Shown here piece by piece: positions 42,853 to 55,057 of a stretch of DNA of 64,000 bases (position 1 is the stretch's first letter; every line of letters starts with the position of its first letter). A program made the position numbers and the translations under genes. The stretch comes from Cyanophora paradoxa CCMP329 (lineage: Eukaryota; Plantae; Glaucophyta): NCBI GenBank assembly GCA_004431415.1, contig QPMI01000104.1, forward strand, positions 62,001-126,000, given 5' to 3'. The notes below the pieces were generated by a model. It searched no databases, was not told where the DNA came from, and was given only the letters and a program-made list of their open reading frames with translations.

Positions 42853-45800
42853 ATGCCCCGCCAAACTAATCGCCTTATAAAAGAGAAAAAGGACGAAATA
42901 TTAGGCTTGTTAGGTAGTCTTTTAGTCACTGGGGAGATCACCGAAGCCGAATATGATCGTAGGGCGGCGATCTTAGATCGAAAACCCCGCTTAGCTAACC
43001 TTGCGAATATTGCCGACGAGCTCTACAATCGCCTGGAAAATGTGGAGCGCTTCTATACCGAAGGGCGGCGCTTAGCCGTCATAGAACCCGATGAGGAAGA
43101 CGGTTTCGCAATGAATAAAGCATACGCCTGGTATAGCTATAAGGCGGATGAACAGATAATCTTAGATCCGGTGGAATTTCTCACTACCATCGCTGCAAAC
43201 CTGCCTGGGCGGCTGAAAGAGAGGCTGGACGAGCTTAAAGCTATTAAGGTGCGCCTTACTTTCATCTGCCGATACGTAAAAGTGAGTGATCCTAACGTTT
43301 TTATCACCAAACACATTTACAGCGATTATTTCGTAATCACAAGGTCGCGCAATATTCTCACTGAGTTAGTGGGTGTAGCTCAGCAAATGAATGAACAGAT
43401 GATACAGGTCGACAGCTACCGGCTCAGTAAATTAGATAAGCTACATGTCGCCGTTTTGTCGTATGCGCCGATGGGCGGGTGCTACATTGAGACCCCCGAA
43501 TGGATTGGATTAAAGCGAGCCACAGTAAATATTAAGAATATCGATGGTCACGACTGTTTTAATTACGCTATCCTCGCATGGCTGCACAGAAACGACATAA
43601 ACAGACACAAACGTAATGATCCGTTCCAATATAGGCGGTGGATGACTGAACTCGACTTCTCAGGCATTAATTTCCCGGTGGCTTGCGATGCTGCATTAAT
43701 AGATCGTTTCGAGGACAATAATCCCGAGCTGTCAATTAATATATATGGCGCCGATAATGCGACCCAAACCTTTTATCCACTGCACATGTCAAGTAATCCG
43801 CGTCGTAAATCAAAGGTAAACCTGCTGCTGATCGAGGACGCAAACGGACAGGGTCACTATATTACGATTATGTCACTGAGCCGCCTCTTAAAGACCACCT
43901 TTGATAAAGCAAACGACGGGCGCATTTTCTACTGCGAAACCTGTTTGTCCCGATTCAGATCACAGGACAAACTCGATAAACACACCGAATCTAATCGCTG
44001 TATCGATTGGAGAATGAGTAAAGGTAAATGCCCGGAACCCGGAAGCTTTATTACTTTCGGACTGCAACACCTAAGGAAAATGGTGTGGCTGCCCACTGTC
44101 TGTTACTGCAAAGTAGAGATGGAGTCGGTGCCGGTTCCTAATGAACCAAACCGAAGCAAGCGAGAGGTAAAGTCGGTGGCACTTAATGTTGTTATGGGCT
44201 CGCATGTTGAAAATCACGAATTCGAGGGGTGGATCCGCTGGGTCAGATGTTTACCACGTTAGGGGATCTGTGCCGCGAGATGCTTAATACCCTATTTACC
44301 AACACACCTATGATCCCGCTCACAGAGGCGCAAAAGCAAGCCTATAAGCTCACCAAGCACTGCTACATATGCAATCAGCGGTTTACCCACGAAAACTTCC
44401 CTGTCCGCGATCACTGTCACCAAAGCGGCGATTATATAGGGAAAGCTTGCCGAAAGTGCAATTTACATAGGAGGATCTCAAAGCAAACGAAAGTAGCCGT
44501 GGTTATTGATCGGATGGACGAGTGCGGGCATGCTATATTCCGGAAAATCGCACAGCAAGACGATAAGCTGCGGGTCGAGATCCTAAGTAAGAATTTCGAC
44601 GAGTATCTATCTTTACAGTGGGGACTTTACAAGTTTATAGACGCCTCGAATTTCATGGATTTTCAGGCGTCCGATGTTAATGATCTCATGGTAAAATTCG
44701 GTAAATTCAGCATGCTCGCCCATGAGCAATACGGACTGGATCCCACGCATTATGTGAGCGCACCGGGACTATCGTGGGACGCGATGTTAAAGCATACGAG
44801 GGTCGCGATAGAACAGATCAGTGATGCGGATCAATACGAATTTATTGAGCGGGCAATTAGGGGCGGCTTTGCGACCATGCCCACACGATATGCCGAGGCT
44901 AATAGCGAGGATAAACATATAGTCCTATTGGATGCGAATAATCTATATGGCTATGGGCTCAGTCAGCCTTTACCGGTCGGGGACTATCGCTGGGACGACA
45001 CAAGCACAGCTTTTACCGAGGTTGTAGGGCGGAGTGCATTTATAGAGGTCGACCTTGCGTATCCGGACTATTTAAAGGCTGACCATCGCGATTTCCCGCT
45101 GATCGTGAGTAAAGAGGTAATTACTGCGGACATGCTGAGCGCATATCAGCGTGGGCTTTTGGAGATTAGCGGCGAGAAGCTAAGTAAAGATCCGAAGCTG
45201 ATCGCCTCATTTACTCCGAAATATAATTACGTGGTCTCTCAGCCGATGCTGCTCTATATGGTAAAAAAGGGGATCGTAGTTACTAAGATCCACCGGGTGC
45301 TCTCGTTTGCAACCGCTGCATTTATGAAGCCCTATATAGATCTAAACACGAAACTGCGAAAGGAAGCCCGGAATAAATTCGAGAGCGACTTCTTTAAATT
45401 AATGAATAATGCTATTTACGGTAAATGCCTGGAATCGTGTCGCGGGCGCTCCGTGGTAAAGATCGCGAATAGCACGAAGCTGTTTAAGAAATACGCCGCG
45501 AGCCCACTGGTAAAAGCGACGAATGTATTAAACGAAAACGCTGTTGCATTCGAAATGTATAGTAAACACGTAAAACTCGATAAACCGGTGGCTATTGGCG
45601 CTTATGTGCTGGATGCCGCGAAGCTGCATAATTATAGCTTCTTTTACGACGTGATCCGACCCACCTGGTCGCAAGCTCAGCTGCTGTTCCACGATACCGA
45701 CTCGTTCTGTCTGTATATAGAGACCGCGGATCTGGAAGCGGGTATGCGAGCGATCAGCCCCTATTTAGATTGCCCTTATAGTCCCGAGAACCGGATGGTT

Positions 45801-46115
45801 CCCGGTAAATATAAAAATGAGATGCCCGATGTAAAGATAGTGGAGTATGTGGGGCTGCGACCGAAGCTATATGCTTTCCGCACCGAGAGCTACGACAAGG
45901 TAAAAATGAGCGGGACAGCCTCGAAAGAGGTGCATTTCGACGACTTTAAGCGCTGCCTATTTGACGGGATCACAAAAACAGTAACAGTAGTAAACAAGCA
46001 ACGGCGATGCCACCACTTATATGATTTGGAGAGCAAGCGGATAGCGCTGACCCAATTCGATAGCAAGCGCTGCATATCAGGCGACGGCATACATAGCCTT
46101 CCATTCGGCTGTTAG
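42853..46115 (+). CDS. polB: Polinton-type family B DNA polymerase with C2H2 and EndoVII-like insertions; frameshift at ~44229
   Basis: DANNLYG, KLMNNAIYGK, HDTDS and GLRPKLY motifs; RDHCHQSG..CN; YGLDPTHY.SAPGLSWDAML; +1 G in GGGG joins the two ORFs. Confidence 0.9.
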
Positions 46116-46521
46116 TCGTCTATCTTATCGTGCGTTCTTTTTCTTGGTTTGCGCTCTAATTGAAGGAGCTGTCGCCTTAGGATATGGAGAAGCCATATGC
46201 ACCGTAAAAAAGGGGTCGTCCGGGTCGATTAGGAAGTAATTAGGGATCGGGTGCGCGTCCCATACCGGGGCGTCCATTCTACTGTTTACTGCACGTTTTT
46301 ATTGCGCATTTTACAGTGTTTACTTGTAAAGTTTACAACAATTGTGAAAATCTTGACAATAAACGCTCAGGTAGCCTGATTTTATTGACAGTAAACGTGA
46401 GAGTCTCACCGCGGATCGTCAAAAAATGAAAGCCCCGTGGGAAACGCAAAATGATTTAAGGAGAACGCGCTACATTTAGGCAACAGGAAAATATTTTCTC
46501 AGCTTAAAGTAAAAGGCGACA

Positions 46522-47148
46522 ATGAAGTATAAGTATGAGGGCAAGCGCATCTTTACTTCTGATATCGAAAAGGTCACGTTTAATCTATGGGACTTCTGCG
46601 CTTTATACGAAGCTATTAAAGAAGGAAGCCACGGACAAGGAAAGACGTTAGATATCACGGATATAAGCGACATCGGCTATTTTCCCGAGCACGATAATCC
46701 CAAATTATATGCCCTTTCGTCTTCCGATTGCCGCTTGTTCTGCCTGGGAGAACGGAAAGGATGGGATCAATGGGTTATACATGATCAATATGTATCTGTT
46801 CACGGCTTTGTGTCTTTGATTGATTTCGCAAAGGTTTGTGGATTCGTGAATAATGTAACGGATAGAAGAATACCTCTGTTCCACAAGGAATCAGCCATGG
46901 ATGTTTTGTTTGAAGCGCATTATAATAGGGAAAGGCACTATTTGGATATTCACAAAAACCTCGAAAAGCACCACACTAAATTCGCGGAATTCGGGCTTGT
47001 GATCCGAAACCGAGCTGCCTTGCGTAAATACTTAAAAGAGAACGGAGGGATATGGGATAGTGACGCTCAGCTGTGGTATACCGAGAATCATAAAAGCAAT
47101 CTACTGCAAGTGTTTGAGTGGTCGCACGGATATCCCGATTTACCGTAA
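46522..47148 (+). CDS. hypothetical protein (C-terminal GGIWDxxxxLWY motif, DUF5710-like)
   Basis: 208-aa ORF preceded by the conserved upstream motif. Confidence 0.6.
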   Translation: MKYKYEGKRIFTSDIEKVTFNLWDFCALYEAIKEGSHGQGKTLDITDISDIGYFPEHDNPKLYALSSSDCRLFCLGERKGWDQWVIHDQYVSVHGFVSLIDFAKVCGFVNNVTDRRIPLFHKESAMDVLFEAHYNRERHYLDIHKNLEKHHTKFAEFGLVIRNRAALRKYLKENGGIWDSDAQLWYTENHKSNLLQVFEWSHGYPDLP

Positions 47149-47220
47149 ATAAACAATACCTTTTCTTGTCGCGTGCGAGTAAAATGTTATATTGATCTTT
47201 TTTATTGTCTGATGACAAGG

Positions 47221-48654
47221 ATGTCAAGACCGCCAATAGTAAGACGATCGCAAGATTTAGAGGGGAGCACATTGCAGATCCCCGTGCCGAAAGAGAATAA
47301 AGAGAGCCGCATAGTAAAGCGGTCTGATTTAAAGGCTTTGGTGCCCCGCGACGTGCCCGTAGCCCTTGCTGTCCCGGAGGAATCAAAAATCGCCCGCAAG
47401 TTTTACAGTCCGCAAACCGGCTTTAAAGGGATCACTAAGCTACGGCAAGAGCTGCCCGACGAGAATTATAAGAAATTGCAAGAGTGGTATAGCCGGCAAG
47501 AGGTCGTCCAAATTAATGCGCCGCACCTATCCCGCAAACGAGACCCGGCTATACCGATCCGACAGCCTCTCGATACCTACGTAATTGATCTGCTATTCTT
47601 TCCGGCGTATGCTAAGTATAATGACGGCTACCAAGCGTTTTTGACCGGTATGGAGAACACGTTGCGGGTCGGCTATATTATACCGATGCGGGACAAGTCG
47701 GCTGCATCGACCTTAGCCGCCTTTATACAGCTACAAAATAAGGCGCCGCGACCAATTTTTAAGATTCAAAGCGACCGCGGCTCAGAATTCACTAATAGCC
47801 TGTTAAGAGAATATTTCGAGAATCAGTTTATAGAGCATCAGATTGCGGACACAGCCGACCATCGCGCGCAAGGGCGCATAGAAGCATTTAACAAGCAAAT
47901 GCGGCGGCTGATCACGAGCTACTGCATCGCTAATAATACGGCGCGATTTATAGATGTCCTGCCCGAGTTAGAATATAACTATAATAATACGGTGCACTCT
48001 GCGACCGGCTATATGCCTGCCGAGACCAACGAGAGTCACTATAAGCTCATAGTTCAAAAAGAAGATGCGAAATTCAAGAAATCGATAGCTTATTTGGATC
48101 AGATTCAGCCGGGCATGTCAGTAAGGCTACGCATCGAGAAGACGCCATTCGCTAAGGGCGGTAACAATTGGAGCCGAATCGTATATACTGTCGCCGCGCG
48201 CGAGGGCTATAAGTTTATGCTAACTGATCCGGACGGCAATCGCGTAGAGGGTCGCTTTGCCTTCCACGAGCTATTGCCTGTCCAAGCTGTGGATTACCTA
48301 ATGGCGCCCACAGTAGATGCATTAGAGGCGGCGAAGGACGAGGCGCGCGTCGATGCGCAATTGCGTAGAGAGGGCATAGAAGCCGCCGCGACTGTGCCGC
48401 AAGGCACTCTATTAGAGGATCGCGTGCAAAAAGAGAAACGCGTAAATAAAGAATTACAGCGGCTAGTAACCGCCGCGGAGCCTAAGCTATCCGGCGGCGT
48501 TAATAGCCAACGATGGTATAAGTCGTTCTCTAATCAGACTGAGAGCTATAAAGCGCCGGAAACCAAAGCTACATTAAGAAGTAGTAGAAAAGTAGCAACG
48601 GTAGCGCCGGTAGCTAATGGCGATCGAAAAGCGACTCTGAGACCACGAAAGTAG
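47221..48654 (+). CDS. int: retroviral-like (rve) DDE integrase, Polinton type
   Basis: VIDL (D), QSDRGSEF (D), IEAFNK (E), YNNTVHSATG; consistent with the 6-bp TSD. Confidence 0.92.
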   Translation: MSRPPIVRRSQDLEGSTLQIPVPKENKESRIVKRSDLKALVPRDVPVALAVPEESKIARKFYSPQTGFKGITKLRQELPDENYKKLQEWYSRQEVVQINAPHLSRKRDPAIPIRQPLDTYVIDLLFFPAYAKYNDGYQAFLTGMENTLRVGYIIPMRDKSAASTLAAFIQLQNKAPRPIFKIQSDRGSEFTNSLLREYFENQFIEHQIADTADHRAQGRIEAFNKQMRRLITSYCIANNTARFIDVLPELEYNYNNTVHSATGYMPAETNESHYKLIVQKEDAKFKKSIAYLDQIQPGMSVRLRIEKTPFAKGGNNWSRIVYTVAAREGYKFMLTDPDGNRVEGRFAFHELLPVQAVDYLMAPTVDALEAAKDEARVDAQLRREGIEAAATVPQGTLLEDRVQKEKRVNKELQRLVTAAEPKLSGGVNSQRWYKSFSNQTESYKAPETKATLRSSRKVATVAPVANGDRKATLRPRK

Positions 48655-49029
48655 TAGGCGCCGCGGTGCTTTCGTAGCCGCCAAATCGCGCCCTTTGCGA
48701 ATCAGACCGCGCCACTTTGTAGTAGTGTAGAACTACTCTATACGCGCGCGGATGCGAAGTATGACTAGTGGAGCCTCACGGGAACGCGCGCCGGCGCGCA
48801 CGACGTAGGGGACACCTCGGTTTTCGGGCACCTGTGCCTATGGAGAATTCGCGCTTCGCGCCATGGTTGAGTAAGCTAGTCAAACTAGCACCAACATGCC
48901 CGGAAGCAAGTTGTGAGCACGTAGCAATTGAGAGCGCGCCGAGATCGGCTTGCTGTCCAAAGTTATGCCCGGAAAACGAAAGGGGGGGTCGCCGCCGAGT
49001 CGCGATCGCGGTGTTATGGTAAATATTTG

Positions 49030-49310
49030 CCGGCGACTCGGGACTCGGGACTCGGGACTCGGGACTCCGGGAAGTTGGCAAGTCGGTCAGTCACTGGTCA
49101 GTCATAGTCAGTCAAGTTTTGGTGTCGGCTTGTCGTTAAATCGACAAGTAATGGCGGCTTGTCGAAAAAACGTCAAGTCTGTTGCGGCTTGTCGTAAAAA
49201 CGTCAAGCCGACGAAAGATATACCCCAATCGGTTACGCGAGCCTCTACCCCAATCGGTTACGCCCGCATAACCGGTTACGCGAGCCTCTACCCCAATCGG
49301 TTACGGTCAC
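49030..49310. repeat. short tandem repeats (GGGACTC x~5, CAGT-rich, CCCCAATCGGTTACG x3)
   Basis: Directly visible in the sequence. Confidence 0.8.
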
Positions 49311-49573
49311 ATCCGCGATTGGTCGATCGATCGAAAAACACATAAAAAACTACTTTGTGGCATGCTATATGTTTTCGGGATCGCCGTGATGTGATGACCC
49401 CGAATATGTCGGTGACGCCGGTGTATATATGTATATGTCGTGATATGCGAAAAAAACAAAAAAAACAAAAAATGCAAAGTTGTGCGGGATCACTCACACA
49501 GAGGTTCGGACATATATACGAAATATATGCATGACTAAATCGTTATTGTTTTCATAGAACTCGCATGTAGTTT

Positions 49574-51034
49574 GCATGTATCTTGCATAGTGGGCGGGGC
49601 GCACTTATCCCCTTCGTATCCACTTCGTATCCACTTCATATCCACTTTGTGTTCACTAAATTATATCGCACTGATTCAGTTTGCATTTTGCCCCCACCCT
49701 ACACCCCACCCTATACTACAATCTCGTTATTTCTATACATATTTACTATCTAATTTAATAGAGTTTATACATTGAAATAAGTGAGGTGTATCGATAAGTA
49801 ATACAGGGTGGGAGGGTGGGGTTGGGTGGGTCTTTTTTGCCCAAAAATATTTGACCCCCAAAAATTTAAGGGATTCAAAAAAATGCCCCACCTCACCCCA
49901 CTTACCCCACCCTATCGAAGTCCGCACGATATCATAGTAGGCTACATCGGGATTGCGATCATATCACAGTGTATACAGTGAGGGTGGTGCCCCACTTTCT
50001 CACCCCACCCTATCGATTCGCGATTCAGGGATCGCGAAATATACAGCACATGATACTTGTTTTTCTTAGTGATCGCGCCGTTCTAATACGATCTGAATAT
50101 ATCATATCTCGTCGGTATCACGTCGGTTCAATATCGTAATTATTAAATGGTTGGCTGATACCACTTTCACACCCCACCCTCACACCCCACCCGGTATTAA
50201 TTTAACATACATAATCTCTATACTTTATACATTAATTACATTGAAATCAATCATAAATATAATAAAAGATACAGGGTGGGGTAAGTGGGGTTGGGTGGGT
50301 CTTTTTTGACCAAGAATTTTTGAGGGGGAATTATTTTAGGGAATTCAAAAAAATGCCCCACCTCACCCCACCCGCCCCACCCTATCGAAGTTATCGAAGT
50401 CCGATAAGTATCAAACCGGAAGTAAAAATAACACATCATGATTTTATGTGTGCCATCTTAGATTGGACTACCATACCGATACCACTCACACCCCACCCTC
50501 ACACCCCACCCAGTATTAATTTAACATACTCAATCATACATATTTATATTTAAATTACATTGAAATCAATCATAGATAAAGAGAATAATACAGGGTGGGT
50601 AAGTGGGTTGGGTGGGGTCTTTTTTGACCAAGAATTTTTGGGAGTGAAACATTTTAGGGAATTCAAAAAAATGCCCCACCTCACCCCACCCGCCCCACCC
50701 TATCGAAGCTACGTAGGTGATACACATGACTATATGAGGCGCGTCCCAAGCAGCACATTGTAGTTGTTTTAGATACACATCGCGCATCGTAAACACATAT
50801 CGGCTATATCGCGATTACATATTATATATACATATTTTACAAAGATTCCACGATACTTATATTATTTTTATTGATTCATTTACGAACTACCGATAGAATA
50901 CATATCACATATCGATATACACTATGATAAAATTGCTAATATCTTTATATAACTTATAGTAACACACATATAAAAACAAATATTATTATCCTGAGCGGAA
51001 CGCGAGGGATAATAATATTTGTTTTTATATGTGT
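49574..51034 (-). repeat. right TIR of element 2 with terminal hairpin (50964-51034)
   Basis: Reverse complement of 23742-25206. Confidence 0.95.
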
Positions 51035-51046
51035 GGCGAGCCTCGG

Positions 51047-53056
51047 AGATCTCGAATCGCAAGGTGGGAAACGCGAGATCTCGAATTATACGGTGGGATT
51101 CGGATTCCCCTTCGAATTCCCAGCTGCATGCGCAGGAGCGAAACCCTAGACCTAGGTACCGGTTGCAGAATTTTCGAATGCATTGGCAAGCTGCCGCCGG
51201 CGCCGCCATCGAATTTCGAATTCGATGAGATTAACATTGACAAAGCTGCGATCGACTGCACATGTACATGTACAGAATGTATGACTGCAAGCGAATTTCA
51301 CATGTACATGTATATATATAATGCGATCGCGACAATCGCAAAGACCAGAGATCGAATTCGAATTTATGCATTGCCTTGGACTCGTCATGGCTATGCATAT
51401 ATGGCCATGGGGCTCATCATGGCATGATTAGGCAGAGACGTGCACGTCGAGGTCGGCACCGAAGCCCTCGAGCATCTGCGAGCGCTCGCGCGGTTACATC
51501 ACGCGCACCAGCTAGAATGTTCTGCGATCACTTATGATGAATCGAGGCTGGCGCACCGAAGCCTCCGCCTCCATCTCCGCCTCCATCTCTGCGACGTCCA
51601 TCTCGGTGTCCTCATCGGCGCCCACAACCTGCGCATGCATATGCCGTCAAATGTCACAGTATATATGTATATACTATGATATGCATATATGCATATGATC
51701 GGGCCGCATATATATACCCGCGGTCCGGTACCTAGCTACTTTATACTAGCTACTAGCCTAGCTACTAGTACTATATATATAATTTAGAGCTATGTACGTA
51801 CGCGTATACGTAGTACGTGCATACTCGAGCTCATAATCGATTTCAGATTTATAGCTAGATCATCGGATTGCATCGGAAAGCAGACCTGGGCATCGGCGTC
51901 GAGGTGCCAGCTGGTGCACACGTTGTTGGTGGTATCGTATATCATGGACTTGGATCCGTAGTTAGAAATACACCAATTCTTGAATATGTCACTCGTGGAG
52001 GCAGAATGACCTCCGGAGAACTGGGTGGTGCCCGTGCAGCCCGTAGCAGAAAAGCACTTGCCAGCTGCTCGAGAAAATGGATTCGGATCCCGGGCGACAT
52101 GACATGCATTTGAGCCATTAGATTTGAACGCTTGACCAGGAATCTTGGAAATGCCAACACGCACCACCCATGTTGATCGATGAAGCAACCGTTGAACTTC
52201 TGCGCCGTTCACACTAATCAGATCGCGATACACACATATCGATCGATGATGCCATGATGAGGACGTCGACGCGCATGGATCCGGATGAGCTATAGATACG
52301 CATACCGATCTAGATCTTAAAAAAGCATGCGCATGGCCATATGCATGGCCATGGGCCGCGCGCGCGGCGCCGGCCCCCGGGGCCCTGCCCGCTCGCGCCT
52401 CTACCTATACCGCAGTATACGTACGAACCTTGCGATCACTTCGAAATTCTAATCTCGAATGCGTGCCACGGCGCTCTCTTTTCATTTATACCGTGGTATG
52501 CACAAGCAAGCAGGAGATACTACTATAGCTAGGAGCTTCCAAAGCTCATTTCTAGCCTAGTAGTAGCTTTTTTTCCTAGAAGGGTCCTAGTAGCTGCAGG
52601 CACCTTTCGAGCCCTAGCCTCTTGCCAGGCTCTTGGCCTATAGCTAGCCGGGCTAGCCCCTACTGGCCCGCTAGTACCCGGCCCGCTACTAGCCCGCTAC
52701 CGTGTAATAATTAATTAACGCGCCACAAATTACCGCGTGCCAGGCTAGGCGTGCGGTGAGTATGCGCTGCCATGCGCTGGGATGATGCGCAGCTGCAGGG
52801 CCCCTGCAGGGGCGGGCTCCGGCGGCCGCGGGAGGCGCGGTACGCCGGTAGTACCCGGTACCGCCGTCCGGCACCCGGCCGCCGCGGCGCGGCGGCGCCT
52901 CGCGATCGACCCGGCGGCGCCGTCCGGGACCGCCGTCGAGTCGGCATATGCATCGTGATATCGACGCACGTGCACGCGTAGCTATAGGTGCAGGCTGCAG
53001 GCTGCCATACCATGATCATGATCGGGAGTCTTTTCAAACTTGAAAGTTTCAAGTTT
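51047..53056 (+). repeat. left arm of a ~2-kb host inverted repeat
   Basis: Near-identical reverse complement of ~57638-59645; mirrored ORFs in the ORF track. Confidence 0.9.
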
Positions 53057-53137
53057 CAAACTTGGGCCGACTTTCCCCGGCAGATTTCGCTAGGCTAGAG
53101 CTTAAAGTTGCCGGCGTCGATCAAGATCTGTCGCAGT

Positions 53138-53495
53138 GCTCGGTCGTATGTGTATGCAACGACAACGAGATCGTATCATATCGTATTATTGAAATAACTT
53201 TGAAGGCATCGAGGTCGCGATCGTCCAACAGTCAGAACCAACTTGCCAATTGCTACAGCAATCGCAAAAATGGACAGCGGCGCGTTGCAATTGACATGTA
53301 CGGCATGCGCAAGCGAAAATTGAGAGCAGCGAAATCAATTTGTGATCTGGGAGTTTGGCTCCGCGGGATCGCAGATCTAGAGTGCAATTAATCGCGGGGT
53401 TGCAATCCCGGATCCCGGCGAGATCTCGAATCGCAAGGTGGGAAACGCGAGATCTCGAATTATACGGTGGGATTCGGATTCCCCTTCGAATTCCC
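53138..53495 (+). repeat. additional copy of the host repeat containing the empty insertion site
   Basis: Reverse complement of 59572-59928; contains ...GGATCCCGGCGAGATCTCGAATCGC. Confidence 0.9.
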
Positions 53496-54150
53496 TCGAC
53501 TCCCTTCGCCCGCCCACTCCTTATCATGACCGCCCGACCCCCCCCTGATCACGCCCAGAAAACCGTCAAACGTGCTTTGAAAACGAGTTAAAAGGAAGAG
53601 AGAAGGCTATATAACACACTTCTGAAGCTGTATCACGCTTTATATCGCTTCAGGACCCTAAAACTTGACAGGTGCGGTCATGACCTTGTTTTGTTTTTGC
53701 AAAAGTGGACGTCGCATTGATACACCACGGCACATGTATCAATGTTCTACGTGACAGGTGCGGTCATGACCTTGGAGGACTGTACCCCCTGGTCTGTTTT
53801 ACGGACGGCCGAAGCGCCTATTAGAGGGTTTCCTGATCTTCAGAAAGGTATATAACAGCGCAGCAAATGCTTTTGCATAGAAACCGCATCAGAATTCATG
53901 TTTAATTTGGAACGGAGATGACGAGGTTTACAGAGTGGTACCCCTGGTCACCGTGACCTGACCGTGATATGACGTGACCTGACCGGGTCATGACGGTCAC
54001 GGCCTCCAGCTGCAGGGGGAGTCCGGTCATGACGCCATCACTGGTACCAGTACCTTTAATTTACCGGTACCGCCGTCCGGCGCCGGCGCCAGCGCTAGCG
54101 CTAGGCTGCCGCTAGCGAGCTTACGACTTTTTTCCAGCTCATGCCAGCTA

Positions 54151-55057
54151 CTGTAGAACGGAAAATATTTACTATACGGTATATTTTTACGCGTAAAGTT
54201 TTTTAGAGACTTCCGCAAATATTTTCTGTATCGTAAAGTGAGGGGGGAGGGGGGTACAGGCTCAGACGGCCCTTAGCGCGGGAACAAGCATGCCTCCGAA
54301 GCGCGGAGCTAAGCGTCAGGCGTCGCCGCCGAGCAGCAGCGATGAGCGGCCGGCCAGTCGAGCGGCCACGCCTTGGCCCGAGCCAGACACGACGGTCTAT
54401 CGGAAGGCGTCGGGCACGATGGCGTCCGGCTGGTCGTTAAACGTTCCTGCAGCGAGCTGGGCAGGCGGCGCAGCAGTCGAGCGCGGCTCTGCCGGAGAAG
54501 CAGATATCGATGCCGCCCAGCCGCAGCGCCGTGGCGCTGAACGACCCCGCGACGCTGCGCGGGCTGCCCGACCCGTCGAAGGCTTCAAGCGTGAAGGAGG
54601 CGGAGGAGATCGTTGCTGCGAACAACGCAGTGCTCGAGGAGGAGGCTAAGCCTGTGCGTCGCTCGCTCGCTCGCCCGCCGGCGCCGCTAACTGCAGCTTA
54701 CGCTGCTCCCGCGCGCGGCCGCGCTCAGGCTCCCGCGCCGGCGCCGGCGGCCCGCGCCGACAAGGGCAAGAAGCACCAGTCGTACACGCCGGAGGTGGCT
54801 ACGGAGATCGGCAAAGCGTGCTCTGAGATCGGCAGCGTTGCCGAGACGATGCAGTAGCAGCGACAGCAGCGGCCATCAGTGCGAGGGGTGCCAGCTGCAG
54901 GGGGCGGGCGGGTAGGGGCGCGGGGGGCGGGGGGCCTCCGCTGGCGCCCGCTAAGGGAGGGTTCGGCCGGCACCCGCAAATAATAACAGTACCGTAAAAC
55001 AGCAATTTTCACAAATCCGCAAATATTTCTGTACCGCAAATATTACCCGAAGTCCAG
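54151..55057 (+). mobile_element. internally deleted pogo/Tc1-mariner-like DNA transposon remnant
   Basis: TA-flanked imperfect ends (CTGTAGAACGGAAAATATTT / AAATATTACCCGAAGTCCAG); HTH-like fragment KHQSYTPEVATEIGK. Confidence 0.45.

Larger units (their letters stand above)
23742..51034 (+). mobile_element. Element 2: complete endogenous Polinton-like virus (~27.3 kb)
   Basis: TIRs; 6-bp TSD GGCGAG (23736-23741 and 51035-51040); rve integrase, PolB, A32 ATPase, MCP and pentons. Confidence 0.95.

Noticed and set aside
44220-44262. Programmed -1 frameshift in polB
   Set aside because: No canonical slippery heptamer, and the same single-G/C-loss pattern affects many unrelated genes
6416-51034. 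A single 44-kb element, or element 2 nested inside element 1
   Set aside because: Core genes are duplicated and divergent, 35 bp of host repeat separates the elements, and both flanks of element 2 are host repeat with a TSD
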